A stretch of DNA of 64,000 nt from Staphylococcus phage vB_StaM_PB50: sequence record OR770614.1, one strand, 5' to 3'. Numbering within the stretch: position 1 is the stretch's first letter; each line of letters starts with the position of its first letter. The notes under the pieces are model-generated. The model was not told the DNA's origin, did not search any database, and saw only the letters and a program-made list of their open reading frames with translations. Below are positions 21,009 through 29,969 of the stretch, piece after piece. The translations under genes were made by a program, and so were the position numbers.

Positions 21009-21776
21009 TTGGTTAATATGACAGCTTCTCAATTCCTTAAAAACCCTACAGGAAAGGGATCAGCTACTGTAGCTAGACGTGATCGTATTATTTTAGATAT
21101 GAGAACAAGATTTTCTTATTTATATAAGAAAAATAAAAGAAGTTTTAAATTAAAGATATTTCTTCATCAAGAAAACTATTATTTCTATTTTCAAATACCT
21201 TCAGAAGATTACTTCAAAGATGGATTACATTATGACGTAATCATAGAATTTAGACCACCTAATGAAAAAGCAGCTAAAACTAAAGATCTTAATAATTATT
21301 TAATAAGATTTATAAGTAACTCTCCAAACTTTATGTTTACATACGGTTACTTATATAATAAAGATGATTTACTTATTAGCTGGTTGAGTTATAAATTAGG
21401 TAAAAAAGCTTTAACTCAAGCTCCAGTTGTTAGAAACCCTAGACATGAATACGGTTTTGAAAAATCAGTTTATTTTGCACTATTGTATTTAGAAACAAAT
21501 CCTAAAGCATTAAAAAATCCTTTACATTTAACATTACCGAATAGACAAAGAATTAAGAAAACTTTTATGCCTTCAGATTTAAAGTTAAAAGAATACAATA
21601 GAATTAAAAAACAAAATACTCAAAAAGAAAAGAATAGAAATATTGTGACTAAGCAAATAAGTAATCAATTAGATAAAAGACGACAAGAACAACAAAGAAA
21701 AACAAAACCAATCAATCGTAAATCCAAACCTATTGGAAAAGTTAAAAAAGTAAAGACTACCAAAAAGAGAAAATAA
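21009..21776 (+). CDS. Hypothetical protein with a very basic K/R-rich C-terminal tail. Possible nucleic-acid-binding protein.
   Basis: TTG start 8 nt after AGGAGG (the track ORF 20946..21776 starts upstream). The C-terminal 60 aa are Lys/Arg/Gln-rich. Confidence 0.5.
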   Translation: MVNMTASQFLKNPTGKGSATVARRDRIILDMRTRFSYLYKKNKRSFKLKIFLHQENYYFYFQIPSEDYFKDGLHYDVIIEFRPPNEKAAKTKDLNNYLIRFISNSPNFMFTYGYLYNKDDLLISWLSYKLGKKALTQAPVVRNPRHEYGFEKSVYFALLYLETNPKALKNPLHLTLPNRQRIKKTFMPSDLKLKEYNRIKKQNTQKEKNRNIVTKQISNQLDKRRQEQQRKTKPINRKSKPIGKVKKVKTTKKRK

Positions 21777-21866
21777 AGTTAAATATATATTATAAAAATG
21801 TATTTAATATAATAATTTTAAATATACTTATCATTTTATTAATTATCTAAGGAGAGTGTGTCTTAA

Positions 21867-23612
21867 TTGGAAAACAATAAAGTCATAGAAAGAAAAGATT
21901 TAAGCGAAGAAGATTTAAATTTGAATGAAATAGAAGAAAAGGTAGAAGAAAAGAAAGAAACACCTTTATTATCTAGTAATGTTTTTAAATTAAAACCGGT
22001 TAAAGGTAATTTTGAGTTTACAAATAAGTATATCAATTCAATAGACTTAGAAACTTATGAGAAAGAAGTTACTCAGAAAAATGGTAATAAGAAGATTGAA
22101 ACTAAAATCATTCAGCGAGATGATATTGAAGAATTAATAAAATTTGCTGATGATACTAATGACACATTATTCATTAATGTACATAAGATATTAAACAAAC
22201 CTAATTTGAATACTGATTATATTAATGACATATTTACAATCCAAATCAAACAACGTTCTTATAAGAGTATATTAGAGTATATTGTTAATGACATGAATTT
22301 TATATTTAATGAAATACCACATATCATATTAAAATGTGCTAATATTTGTCAAAAAATATTTAGTAAAAAAGATGAATATAGTGAAGAAGAATTCTTTCAA
22401 GATATTCAAGATTTAATTGAAGATGAAGATTTAAGAAATGTTGTTTGTACTATCGTTAATGATAATTATACCATTGATTTAGATAAGACAAATGCAGAAG
22501 CAATGTTACAAAGCAAAAAAATCATTAAAAAAGATTTACAAGTTACAGACCAAGTTAACAAATCATTTTTAGCAACTGCATTATTGCAAAGATTTATTAT
22601 ACCTTTTATTAATCAGTACTATGTTCTTACTAATAAATATCATTGTAAAAATACAGATGAAGATAAAGAGAGAACTAAGAACGGTTATTTTAAAGCATTT
22701 AATTACTGCATGTGTATTACATCTTTAGATTATAATGTAGCTAATAATAATAAACTTTATAAGATAGTAGAACCTAAAGTAATTAAAACAAAATATAATG
22801 ACAGAGTTATGTGGAAGTTTTTAGATTTACGTTCTATAGATCCAGACACTGTAATCAATAAAATAATGGATAAAATCATTAGACAAATTGTATGTAAATT
22901 ATTAGTTGATACTTCTGCAGTATCTTATTTCACTTCTGTTATCAAATTCTCAATAGATTATGAATTCCAATTCAAATATCCTATTAAATTCAGATCAATT
23001 AAATTAACTACAGATGATGACGATGATGAAGATGGTTTTGATAAATTCCAAATGAATAATTTCTTTAAGCAAAATGAAAGATTAGATATTGCTAATAAAA
23101 TAACTATTGATCGTTATATCACTGAAAAATTAAAAGAATTAAATATCAGTGAAGAATACATTAAGCATTTATATGACAAATTTGATTATATAAATGATTT
23201 ACAATCTCATTTAATTAAAGTTTATTTTGCTGAACATTTTGATGTTAATACAAATGATAGAAAGAGCATTGTATCATTATTAGCAATCATGTCTAAAGAA
23301 TTGATTGCTAATAATATGGATACTTTAGGTAAGATAGTTGCTTCAAAAGTAGTTTCTGGAACTAAAGCTAAGAATGTGGGTAAATTATCATTAGATGTTA
23401 TTGCAGACAAATACTATGTATCTGCTTGGGATAAATATAAATTTATTAATGATATTACTGAAAAAGATAATTTCATATTAAGAATTGCATTAGTTAATGG
23501 TTACAAGTTTAGTTATACTCCTGAAGATTTAAATTCTGAAGAAGAAGTAATTGCTGATATTGATAAAAAATATTTCATTTCTGAAGTATCACAATTTATA
23601 TCAAATTATTAA
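21867..23612 (+). CDS. Hypothetical protein (581 aa).
   Basis: TTG start after SD AAGGAGAG. Confidence 0.55.
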   Translation: MENNKVIERKDLSEEDLNLNEIEEKVEEKKETPLLSSNVFKLKPVKGNFEFTNKYINSIDLETYEKEVTQKNGNKKIETKIIQRDDIEELIKFADDTNDTLFINVHKILNKPNLNTDYINDIFTIQIKQRSYKSILEYIVNDMNFIFNEIPHIILKCANICQKIFSKKDEYSEEEFFQDIQDLIEDEDLRNVVCTIVNDNYTIDLDKTNAEAMLQSKKIIKKDLQVTDQVNKSFLATALLQRFIIPFINQYYVLTNKYHCKNTDEDKERTKNGYFKAFNYCMCITSLDYNVANNNKLYKIVEPKVIKTKYNDRVMWKFLDLRSIDPDTVINKIMDKIIRQIVCKLLVDTSAVSYFTSVIKFSIDYEFQFKYPIKFRSIKLTTDDDDDEDGFDKFQMNNFFKQNERLDIANKITIDRYITEKLKELNISEEYIKHLYDKFDYINDLQSHLIKVYFAEHFDVNTNDRKSIVSLLAIMSKELIANNMDTLGKIVASKVVSGTKAKNVGKLSLDVIADKYYVSAWDKYKFINDITEKDNFILRIALVNGYKFSYTPEDLNSEEEVIADIDKKYFISEVSQFISNY

Positions 23613-23632
23613 AAAAAAAAAATAATTTTAAA

Positions 23633-23664
23633 TCCCATACACTCAATTATAGAGTGTATGGGAT
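23633..23664. terminator. Palindromic hairpin family variant (TCCCATACACTCaattatAGAGTGTATGGGA), bidirectional.
   Basis: Lies between convergent genes. Has an A10 run upstream and a T run downstream. Both arms carry compensatory changes relative to the family consensus. Confidence 0.8.
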
Positions 23665-23679
23665 ATTTTTGTTTTTTTT

Positions 23680-24822
23680 TTAGTTTCTGTTAATTTCTCC
23701 TTCAAATAAATAATCTATATTTATGAATGAATTTATAAATAATTCATCATTAAGTCTTTTTATTTCCAAAGGATCATTAAAGTCTATTATTTGAGAAGAT
23801 AAAATATTTTGTATCTTACTTCCATCAATTTCATCAACAATATGTTTTTGATCAAATAACTTAAAGCGTTTGATTAACTCTTCTAATTTTTCTTCTTTTA
23901 AATAATCTTTAAAAGTCTCTCTTAAAAGTGTCTCATTATTATATTCTTTTAAAGGAGATAATTTTGTATCTTCTATCATTTTATCTAATAATTTAATTGT
24001 AGTCACTGGACCATAACCAGATATAGATTTATATTCTTGATCTTTATGATCTGAAAATAAGTTAAAAATATCTATGATCCCAGAATCAATATTCATAAAA
24101 TCATTAATATCTTTCTTTGTGCTAGAACTAAATATTTCCCCTTTTATATTTTCTTTGGAAATAACTTTACTTTTCTCAGATCCTCTTAATTCTAAAAGTA
24201 GTAATCTATCTTTATAGTCTAATAATTGTCTATATATTTTATCATTACTTACAATTAAAGAATAATCATTTTCATTATCTATAGTCGTTTTTTCCATAAT
24301 ATAATAAGGCAATATAGTAGGTTCTATTTTATAAGTATCAATATAATATGCATTAGGTATATACTTTACGATTGTTTTAACTAATTCTAATGTTATTGAT
24401 ATAGTCTTATTTATATCTCTATAAGTTATATTATCTTCATTCATCTTCTTGTAGTATTCTTTTTTATAATCAGGATCAACTGAAGTGTGATATATTGATT
24501 CTTTATCTGAATAGAATAAAAAGAATCTAGAATGCATATTTAATCTACTCGCAAAGAAATGTCTATAATGTCCTATAATATTTACTAATTCAACAACTAA
24601 ATTTAATCTATTTTTAGTTTTTAAATGAGTAAAATTCTCTGAAACTTGAGGTGAATATAATTGCTTAATAACATTATTAATGTCTATATAAATGGTTACA
24701 TTGTTGTTATTAGTGTTTCCTCTAAATCTTCCTCCCTCTATATAAGGACTAACCAATTCTGTCATTTTATTGTAATTTAATTTTTTAGAATTTATTATTC
24801 TTTCAATTATTTCTACATCCAT
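23680..24822 (-). CDS. Hypothetical protein (380 aa).
   Basis: ORF with SD GAAAGGATG upstream. Confidence 0.55.
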   Translation of the reverse strand: MDVEIIERIINSKKLNYNKMTELVSPYIEGGRFRGNTNNNNVTIYIDINNVIKQLYSPQVSENFTHLKTKNRLNLVVELVNIIGHYRHFFASRLNMHSRFFLFYSDKESIYHTSVDPDYKKEYYKKMNEDNITYRDINKTISITLELVKTIVKYIPNAYYIDTYKIEPTILPYYIMEKTTIDNENDYSLIVSNDKIYRQLLDYKDRLLLLELRGSEKSKVISKENIKGEIFSSSTKKDINDFMNIDSGIIDIFNLFSDHKDQEYKSISGYGPVTTIKLLDKMIEDTKLSPLKEYNNETLLRETFKDYLKEEKLEELIKRFKLFDQKHIVDEIDGSKIQNILSSQIIDFNDPLEIKRLNDELFINSFINIDYLFEGEINRN

Positions 24823-24902
24823 TAATTATCTACATCCTTTCACTATTATAATATATAATTAATTATTCATTTGTAAATTTATAAAAATCCATGTATAGCA
24901 AT

Positions 24903-24915
24903 AACATCATTTTAT
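24903..24915 (+). promoter_or_regulatory. AACA-N6-TAT motif upstream of the 24923 gene.
   Basis: AACATCATTTTAT, which places a predicted start point about 8 nt before the ATG. Confidence 0.35.
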
Positions 24916-24922
24916 TAATGAT

Positions 24923-26215
24923 ATGAAGAAGAAAGTCGGTGAAAAAGAGTTGATAGAAAGTTTAGTAAGTAAGAAATTGTTTAATATAAAACTTATAGCA
25001 TTATATTCTGATGGAACAACTGAAGATATTTCTCAGTATGTTAAACGTTCTAGAATTGAAATGAACTTCCAAGAGTATATTATGCCTTATTATAGATTTA
25101 TATTAAGACTCCCTAAAGAGACTATTATAAAAATAAATACAGATAGAGAAAAAGTTGTATTTTCATTTAGTTCTAACATGACAACTAATGACACAGAAGA
25201 TGTTAAATTAGATGTTCCTTTTCATGAAGAAATAATTTTAAAACCATTAATGGATTTAAATAATATTATTGATTATGATGATAGAGTTACTAAAGACGAT
25301 AATGATCGTAAAAATCTATTTGATAGATATGAAATGGTTGCAATATCAGAAGAGATATTAAAAACAAATAAACCTATAGTATCTGGTATATACAATAATT
25401 GTACTGTAAGTGAAGTAGTTACTGATTTATTGTCTCAATTTAATAATAGAGATATATATTTTCATGAAGTTGATAATAATAAAATATATGAACAGATAAT
25501 GTTATTACCTGCAAATATATACGATAATCTTAAATTCATAGATGACGTTTATGGAATATATGACAGAGAAATAAAATTATTTAATCACCATACAGGCTTA
25601 AATATATTACCTATGTCAGGATTTGATCCTAATACAATTGGTAAAGTTAATATACAAGTTAGGTTTCCATCAAATCAAACTGATGAAGAAATAATAGAGG
25701 GTAGTTACGAACAGATAAATCAATTAGATGATACTATAAGAAATAAAAATATAATAACTAAAATTAATAATGTTAGTTTAGTAGACAATACAAGATTATT
25801 TAATGAACTAGTTGGATCTGAAATAAATCTGTTTGGAATAGATAATGAAAATGAAGGAACAAAGTTATCTACATACAGAAGAAAAATAGAAGATCGTAAT
25901 GGAGAAGTTAATAAAGTTAAAGTATATGATGATATATTTGATAACGATTACAGTTTAAAGAAAGAATTTAATAATAGTAAAGATATAATATTAAGAATGC
26001 AATTAAATGATGTAGACATAACATTAGAAGATACATTTAAACAGTTTGACATAGAATTCTTCAATGATTACTATAAACACTATAATGGAATATATGAACT
26101 TCTTGGAATTAATCAAGAGTTTAAAAATGCTAGTAAGGCATTAGTTTTAAGTAGCTTTATAACTTTAAGAAAAATATCAGATCATTCTTTTACAAAAAAT
26201 AATCCCAATACCTAA
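24923..26215 (+). CDS. Hypothetical protein (430 aa).
   Basis: ORF with no clear SD. A candidate promoter motif lies just upstream. Confidence 0.5.
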   Translation: MKKKVGEKELIESLVSKKLFNIKLIALYSDGTTEDISQYVKRSRIEMNFQEYIMPYYRFILRLPKETIIKINTDREKVVFSFSSNMTTNDTEDVKLDVPFHEEIILKPLMDLNNIIDYDDRVTKDDNDRKNLFDRYEMVAISEEILKTNKPIVSGIYNNCTVSEVVTDLLSQFNNRDIYFHEVDNNKIYEQIMLLPANIYDNLKFIDDVYGIYDREIKLFNHHTGLNILPMSGFDPNTIGKVNIQVRFPSNQTDEEIIEGSYEQINQLDDTIRNKNIITKINNVSLVDNTRLFNELVGSEINLFGIDNENEGTKLSTYRRKIEDRNGEVNKVKVYDDIFDNDYSLKKEFNNSKDIILRMQLNDVDITLEDTFKQFDIEFFNDYYKHYNGIYELLGINQEFKNASKALVLSSFITLRKISDHSFTKNNPNT

Positions 26216-26239
26216 TTTTAATTAAAGGTATTGGGATTT
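26202..26239. terminator. Palindromic hairpin family member, bidirectional.
   Basis: ATCCCAATACCTaattttaattaaaGGTATTGGGAT, located between the stops of convergent genes (24923..26215 on plus, 26243..27064 on minus). Confidence 0.8.
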
Positions 26240-26242
26240 AAA

Positions 26243-27064
26243 TTATTGAAATGCTTTATTTCTTTGGGCATTTTCAGTTTCTACTAATTTTACACTTACA
26301 CCAAAGTTAACAATAATGTTACTTAGAATGTAGTCTTGTTTTAAGAATTGTGTTGAAGCTTGACGATTCATACTGAATAGTTTATTTGCTCTAGTAACGT
26401 AAGCTTTTTGTTCGTTTATTTTTTCTTTTCTGTCAGTTTTTCCTTTTTCTAATTCTTTGATTTCACTAATAGCAGTTTTACTATCTTTTTGGATATCATC
26501 TTTTAATTTTTTACATATTCTAGCAGATTCTTTAGAGAATGTTACAAGTTGTTCACTTTGTTTCAATAATGTTTCAACATTTTCTAAATTACCTAAAGCG
26601 ATGCGATCATCTGCTTCACTCGCACTGTTATTTCTTAATTCACCGTATTCTTTATCAAAATCATCTGAATAGATCTTATTACTTAAATCTTTTAATTTCT
26701 TATAATTTTCGGATTTAGCTAATTTACCAACCGGTATTTTCATTTCTGATTTAGATGCGACAAAATCTGCAAGCAATTTTTTATCTTTTTTAAGTTTAGC
26801 TAGAACGGTTGCAGCTAAATTGTGTAATTTAGTTACTTTACCAAAATGTGCTACAAAGAAAGTAGAGAATTTTTTCATAGCTTCCTGAACTGCTTTAACA
26901 ATCTTAATAAAGAATTCTTTTAATTTTTTAACCATTTTTTTAATGTTAGAATCTTTATTATCTTTAACAACTTCTTGAACTGCTTCATTCATAGAAATTG
27001 CTTCTGTAACTATTTCTAACTCTTCATTTAAAAAACTTTCTTCAATACTGATATTTTCAATCAT
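26243..27064 (-). CDS. Lys-rich helical protein, paralog family member 1. Candidate processed virion or internal protein.
   Basis: The N-terminal segment KKMVKKLKEFFIKIVKAVQEAMKKFSTFFVAHFGKV is shared with the products of 27085, 27903 and 53772. SD AAGGGTGGAAAT. Confidence 0.6.
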   Translation of the reverse strand: MIENISIEESFLNEELEIVTEAISMNEAVQEVVKDNKDSNIKKMVKKLKEFFIKIVKAVQEAMKKFSTFFVAHFGKVTKLHNLAATVLAKLKKDKKLLADFVASKSEMKIPVGKLAKSENYKKLKDLSNKIYSDDFDKEYGELRNNSASEADDRIALGNLENVETLLKQSEQLVTFSKESARICKKLKDDIQKDSKTAISEIKELEKGKTDRKEKINEQKAYVTRANKLFSMNRQASTQFLKQDYILSNIIVNFGVSVKLVETENAQRNKAFQ

Positions 27065-27084
27065 CTTATATTTCCACCCTTTTT

Positions 27085-27822
27085 TTATTTTATATATTCT
27101 TCAACTTTATTTAATAACTCATTATGACTTTTTAATGAATTATTAATGACTTTTCTATATAGTATATTTAATTTGTTCAAGTCATTAACAAGTCTTTGAT
27201 TTTCTTTTATCTTCTCAGCTTCAATTTCTTTAGTAGCAAATTTAATTGAAGTTTCGGAAGCACCTTTCATAGTGTCTGAAGATATTTTAAAAGATTTAGC
27301 AAAATTCTTTGAAGCATTAAACTGTTCAAATGATTTTTCAACTACATATTTTAAATCTAATGACATTGTTAAAGGTATTTCTAAATAATGATTATTCTCA
27401 TTTAGATCCATTTCAAATTCTTTGTATTTTAAATCAAAACTAGTCTTACCTGCATGTTTTAATACATCTTCGTATTTCTTAAGATCTTTAGCTTTCCATA
27501 TATAAAATATAGATGCTGAACCAGATAAATTACTCATTGCAACATTTATATTTTCTTTATTCTTTTCTATTTTCTTAAGTATACTTTTTGTTTTTAGTGT
27601 AGTTCTATTAAAATGTGTATTAAAGAATTTCATAAATTTAACTAATGCATTCTTAATAAGTGATAGTATATTTAGAAAGAATTCTTTAACCATTTCAAAG
27701 AAATTACCAACAGGGGATTCGTTTAAAGAATTTATATTTTCATTAAATAATATTGATTCATTAACTATATTAATTTCTTCTTTAAGAATATCTTCCTTAT
27801 AATTTTTATTAGATAATAAAAT
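27085..27822 (-). CDS. Paralog family member 2. The N-terminal extension relative to the track ORF requires a non-ATG start.
   Basis: The track ORF (27085..27693) starts at an ATG with no SD. The frame stays open upstream back to a stop at about 27838. The upstream in-frame peptide KEDILKEEINIVNESIL aligns with the EESFLNEELEIVTEAIS segment of the paralogs. A strong SD AAGAAAGGGG is followed by ATT codons at 27826-27828 and 27820-27822. Confidence 0.45.
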   Translation of the reverse strand: MLLSNKNYKEDILKEEINIVNESILFNENINSLNESPVGNFFEMVKEFFLNILSLIKNALVKFMKFFNTHFNRTTLKTKSILKKIEKNKENINVAMSNLSGSASIFYIWKAKDLKKYEDVLKHAGKTSFDLKYKEFEMDLNENNHYLEIPLTMSLDLKYVVEKSFEQFNASKNFAKSFKISSDTMKGASETSIKFATKEIEAEKIKENQRLVNDLNKLNILYRKVINNSLKSHNELLNKVEEYIK

Positions 27823-27850
27823 TTTAATACCCCTTTCTTATAAAAATATA

Positions 27851-27886
27851 TTGACCTAATACCCAATTTTAAAGGTATTAGGTCAA
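27851..27886. terminator. Palindromic hairpin family variant (TTGACCTAATACCcaattttaaaGGTATTAGGTCAA).
   Basis: A 13-bp inverted repeat. The conserved core AATACC/GGTATT is retained with different outer pairs. Confidence 0.7.
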
Positions 27887-27902
27887 TAATAAAAATTATT
27901 TA

Positions 27903-28700
27903 TTATGCATTTGCTGGTTTAGATTCTTTTTTATCACTTTTTTTCCCAGCAGCATTAATAGCTTTAGCAGCAGAAAATGCAGTAGCTAAAGTTTGATTAG
28001 AAAGTTTAATTGATTTAGTAATAGCTGAACTAGATAAAGAATGTGCTTTACTAGCATTTGATGCTACACGTTTGTTTTCATTAATAGCTTCTTTATCTTC
28101 TTTAGCAGCAGCTGCTACACCAGCTTTAGCAGCTTCTTGAGCTTTCTTATTAGATTGAGAAACTACACTAGCTGCAGCTTTAACTTTTGAAACTGAGTAA
28201 GAAGCAGCTTTAACAGCATCTCTAGCGTCAGAGATTTTTTTAATTGAACCTTTTACAATATGTTTCTCATCATTAAGACCAGATTTAGCATTTTCAAATC
28301 CACGATCAAAATGAGGACTATCAGCTTTAGCTAATTCTTGTAAGTTTTTCAAAGCAGATGAAGCTAATAGCGTATAACTTCTAGCTTCTTCTAATTCAGC
28401 TTTTGATTTAACTCCTTCAACATATTTTTTAACGTCAGTTAAACGATATTCTAATTTTTTATATACTTCTACAAAGAAAGTAGTGAATTTTTTAAATGCG
28501 TCTGAAATAGCCTTAGCAATTTTAATAAAGAAATCTTTAGCTTTTTTAGCAAGTTCTCCCGCTTTTGAAGGTTTTTTCTCTTCTTCTTCTTCACTAGCTT
28601 CATTTAGAGCATTAACACTTTCTAAAACAAAAAGTTCTGTTTGAGATGCAGAAAGTTCTTCTTGTAAGAAAGACATTTCAAATGATTGATTTTGCAACAT
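27903..28700 (-). CDS. Paralog family member 3, Ala/Lys-rich.
   Basis: Shares the N-terminal SFEMSFLQEEL and KKAKDFFIKIAKAISDAFKKFTTFF segments with the paralogs. SD TGGAGGAAAA. Confidence 0.6.
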   Translation of the reverse strand: MLQNQSFEMSFLQEELSASQTELFVLESVNALNEASEEEEEKKPSKAGELAKKAKDFFIKIAKAISDAFKKFTTFFVEVYKKLEYRLTDVKKYVEGVKSKAELEEARSYTLLASSALKNLQELAKADSPHFDRGFENAKSGLNDEKHIVKGSIKKISDARDAVKAASYSVSKVKAAASVVSQSNKKAQEAAKAGVAAAAKEDKEAINENKRVASNASKAHSLSSSAITKSIKLSNQTLATAFSAAKAINAAGKKSDKKESKPANA

Positions 28701-28739
28701 TATATTTTTCCTCCATTTATTTTTAATTTATTTTAATAT

Positions 28740-29828
28740 TTAGAATCTAATATTAAAATCATTTTCTAATTCTTTTCCAATTTCAACGTCAATAGATTCT
28801 GATTCTGATCTAGACTGAACTTCAGCTACACCATCTTCAATATCTATTTTATCAGCTAATTTATTTAATCTTTCAGCCATTTTTTCCTGTTTCTTACGTG
28901 CTGAATCACTAATATCATTATCTTTTTCACCTTCAATAATACTAACAGCATCACGTAAATATTCAGCAAAATCTGAACGTTTTTTAATAAAATAAATATA
29001 AGCTTGTTTAATCATTAATAATACCATTGGAGCTAAGGCAATAACAAGTATTCCACCTGCAGCCACTTTAGTTCCTTTATTTAATGATTTTAATTTATTC
29101 ATGATAGTTCCTAAAGCACCATCTTTATATGCTTCACTAGCATCGTCTGCAAGTTTTTTAAAATCAAATTCTTCATTTGTAGAAACAAATGAGCCATCAA
29201 TTTTAAAAATTTCTTTTAGTTTTCCAGCTTTATATGTTTTTAAAAGATTATCTAAAGTTTTAAGCTCTATTGAATCTTTTTTACTTAATTTTTTATCAGT
29301 GAATTTTAAATTTCCATTAAGATCTTTTTCAAATCCTAAGAAGAAAAGTTGTACTGTAGCTGACATAACAGAAGCAGCTATAGTTGTATAAGTCAATTGA
29401 CCTACTTCATTATCATTTGTAAAACATTTTTTAAAATTTTGTTTTTCTTTTTCAAGCAATTTTACAGAATTCTCAATAGTGTCAAAAGCGAAAATAAGTG
29501 TTTTGTCAAAGCCTTTAGATTTTTGAGCTTTTATGTAATTAAAAGTTTTCTCAAAATCTTTATACGCTTTGATTTTCTTAAAATCACCCTTACTAGAAAG
29601 AATTGATTTTAAGTTTTTATTTCCAGATTTTTTCAACAGTTTATCAGACATTTTAGCTACGCTTAAACCAAGAGCTTCTACTTGCTCTTCAGGTGATAAA
29701 CGTTTAAAAGGTCTGAAGGGTAAAGAGAATTCCTGTAAAACTTTTTGAGACATTGCATCTTCATTTAAAAGATGTTTACGTTCAAGTTCCACAGAGAATT
29801 CCACTTCCTTTCTAGAGTTAATATACAA
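28740..29828 (-). CDS. Hypothetical protein with one predicted transmembrane helix. Start uncertain.
   Basis: Hydrophobic stretch VAAGGILVIALAPMVLLMIKQAYIYFI. The TTG start at 29828 has no SD. A GTG about 50 nt downstream follows GAAAGGAAG. Confidence 0.5.
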   Translation of the reverse strand: MYINSRKEVEFSVELERKHLLNEDAMSQKVLQEFSLPFRPFKRLSPEEQVEALGLSVAKMSDKLLKKSGNKNLKSILSSKGDFKKIKAYKDFEKTFNYIKAQKSKGFDKTLIFAFDTIENSVKLLEKEKQNFKKCFTNDNEVGQLTYTTIAASVMSATVQLFFLGFEKDLNGNLKFTDKKLSKKDSIELKTLDNLLKTYKAGKLKEIFKIDGSFVSTNEEFDFKKLADDASEAYKDGALGTIMNKLKSLNKGTKVAAGGILVIALAPMVLLMIKQAYIYFIKKRSDFAEYLRDAVSIIEGEKDNDISDSARKKQEKMAERLNKLADKIDIEDGVAEVQSRSESESIDVEIGKELENDFNIRF

Positions 29829-29886
29829 ATAAAATAAAAATATAGAATCACTACACGCTAATATAATTTTTCTAATTTTATATTTT

Positions 29887-29899
29887 ATAAATAAATGTT
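29887..29899 (-). promoter_or_regulatory. AACA-N6-TAT motif (the minus strand reads AACATTTATTTAT) upstream of the 28740..29828 gene.
   Basis: Motif match about 60 nt upstream of the gene start. Confidence 0.35.
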
Positions 29900-29969
29900 T
29901 AAATTAAATAAACCTTAATTTTCTTCATCTTAAGATTTTATATATACATTATAACTAAAAGTTTCTAAA

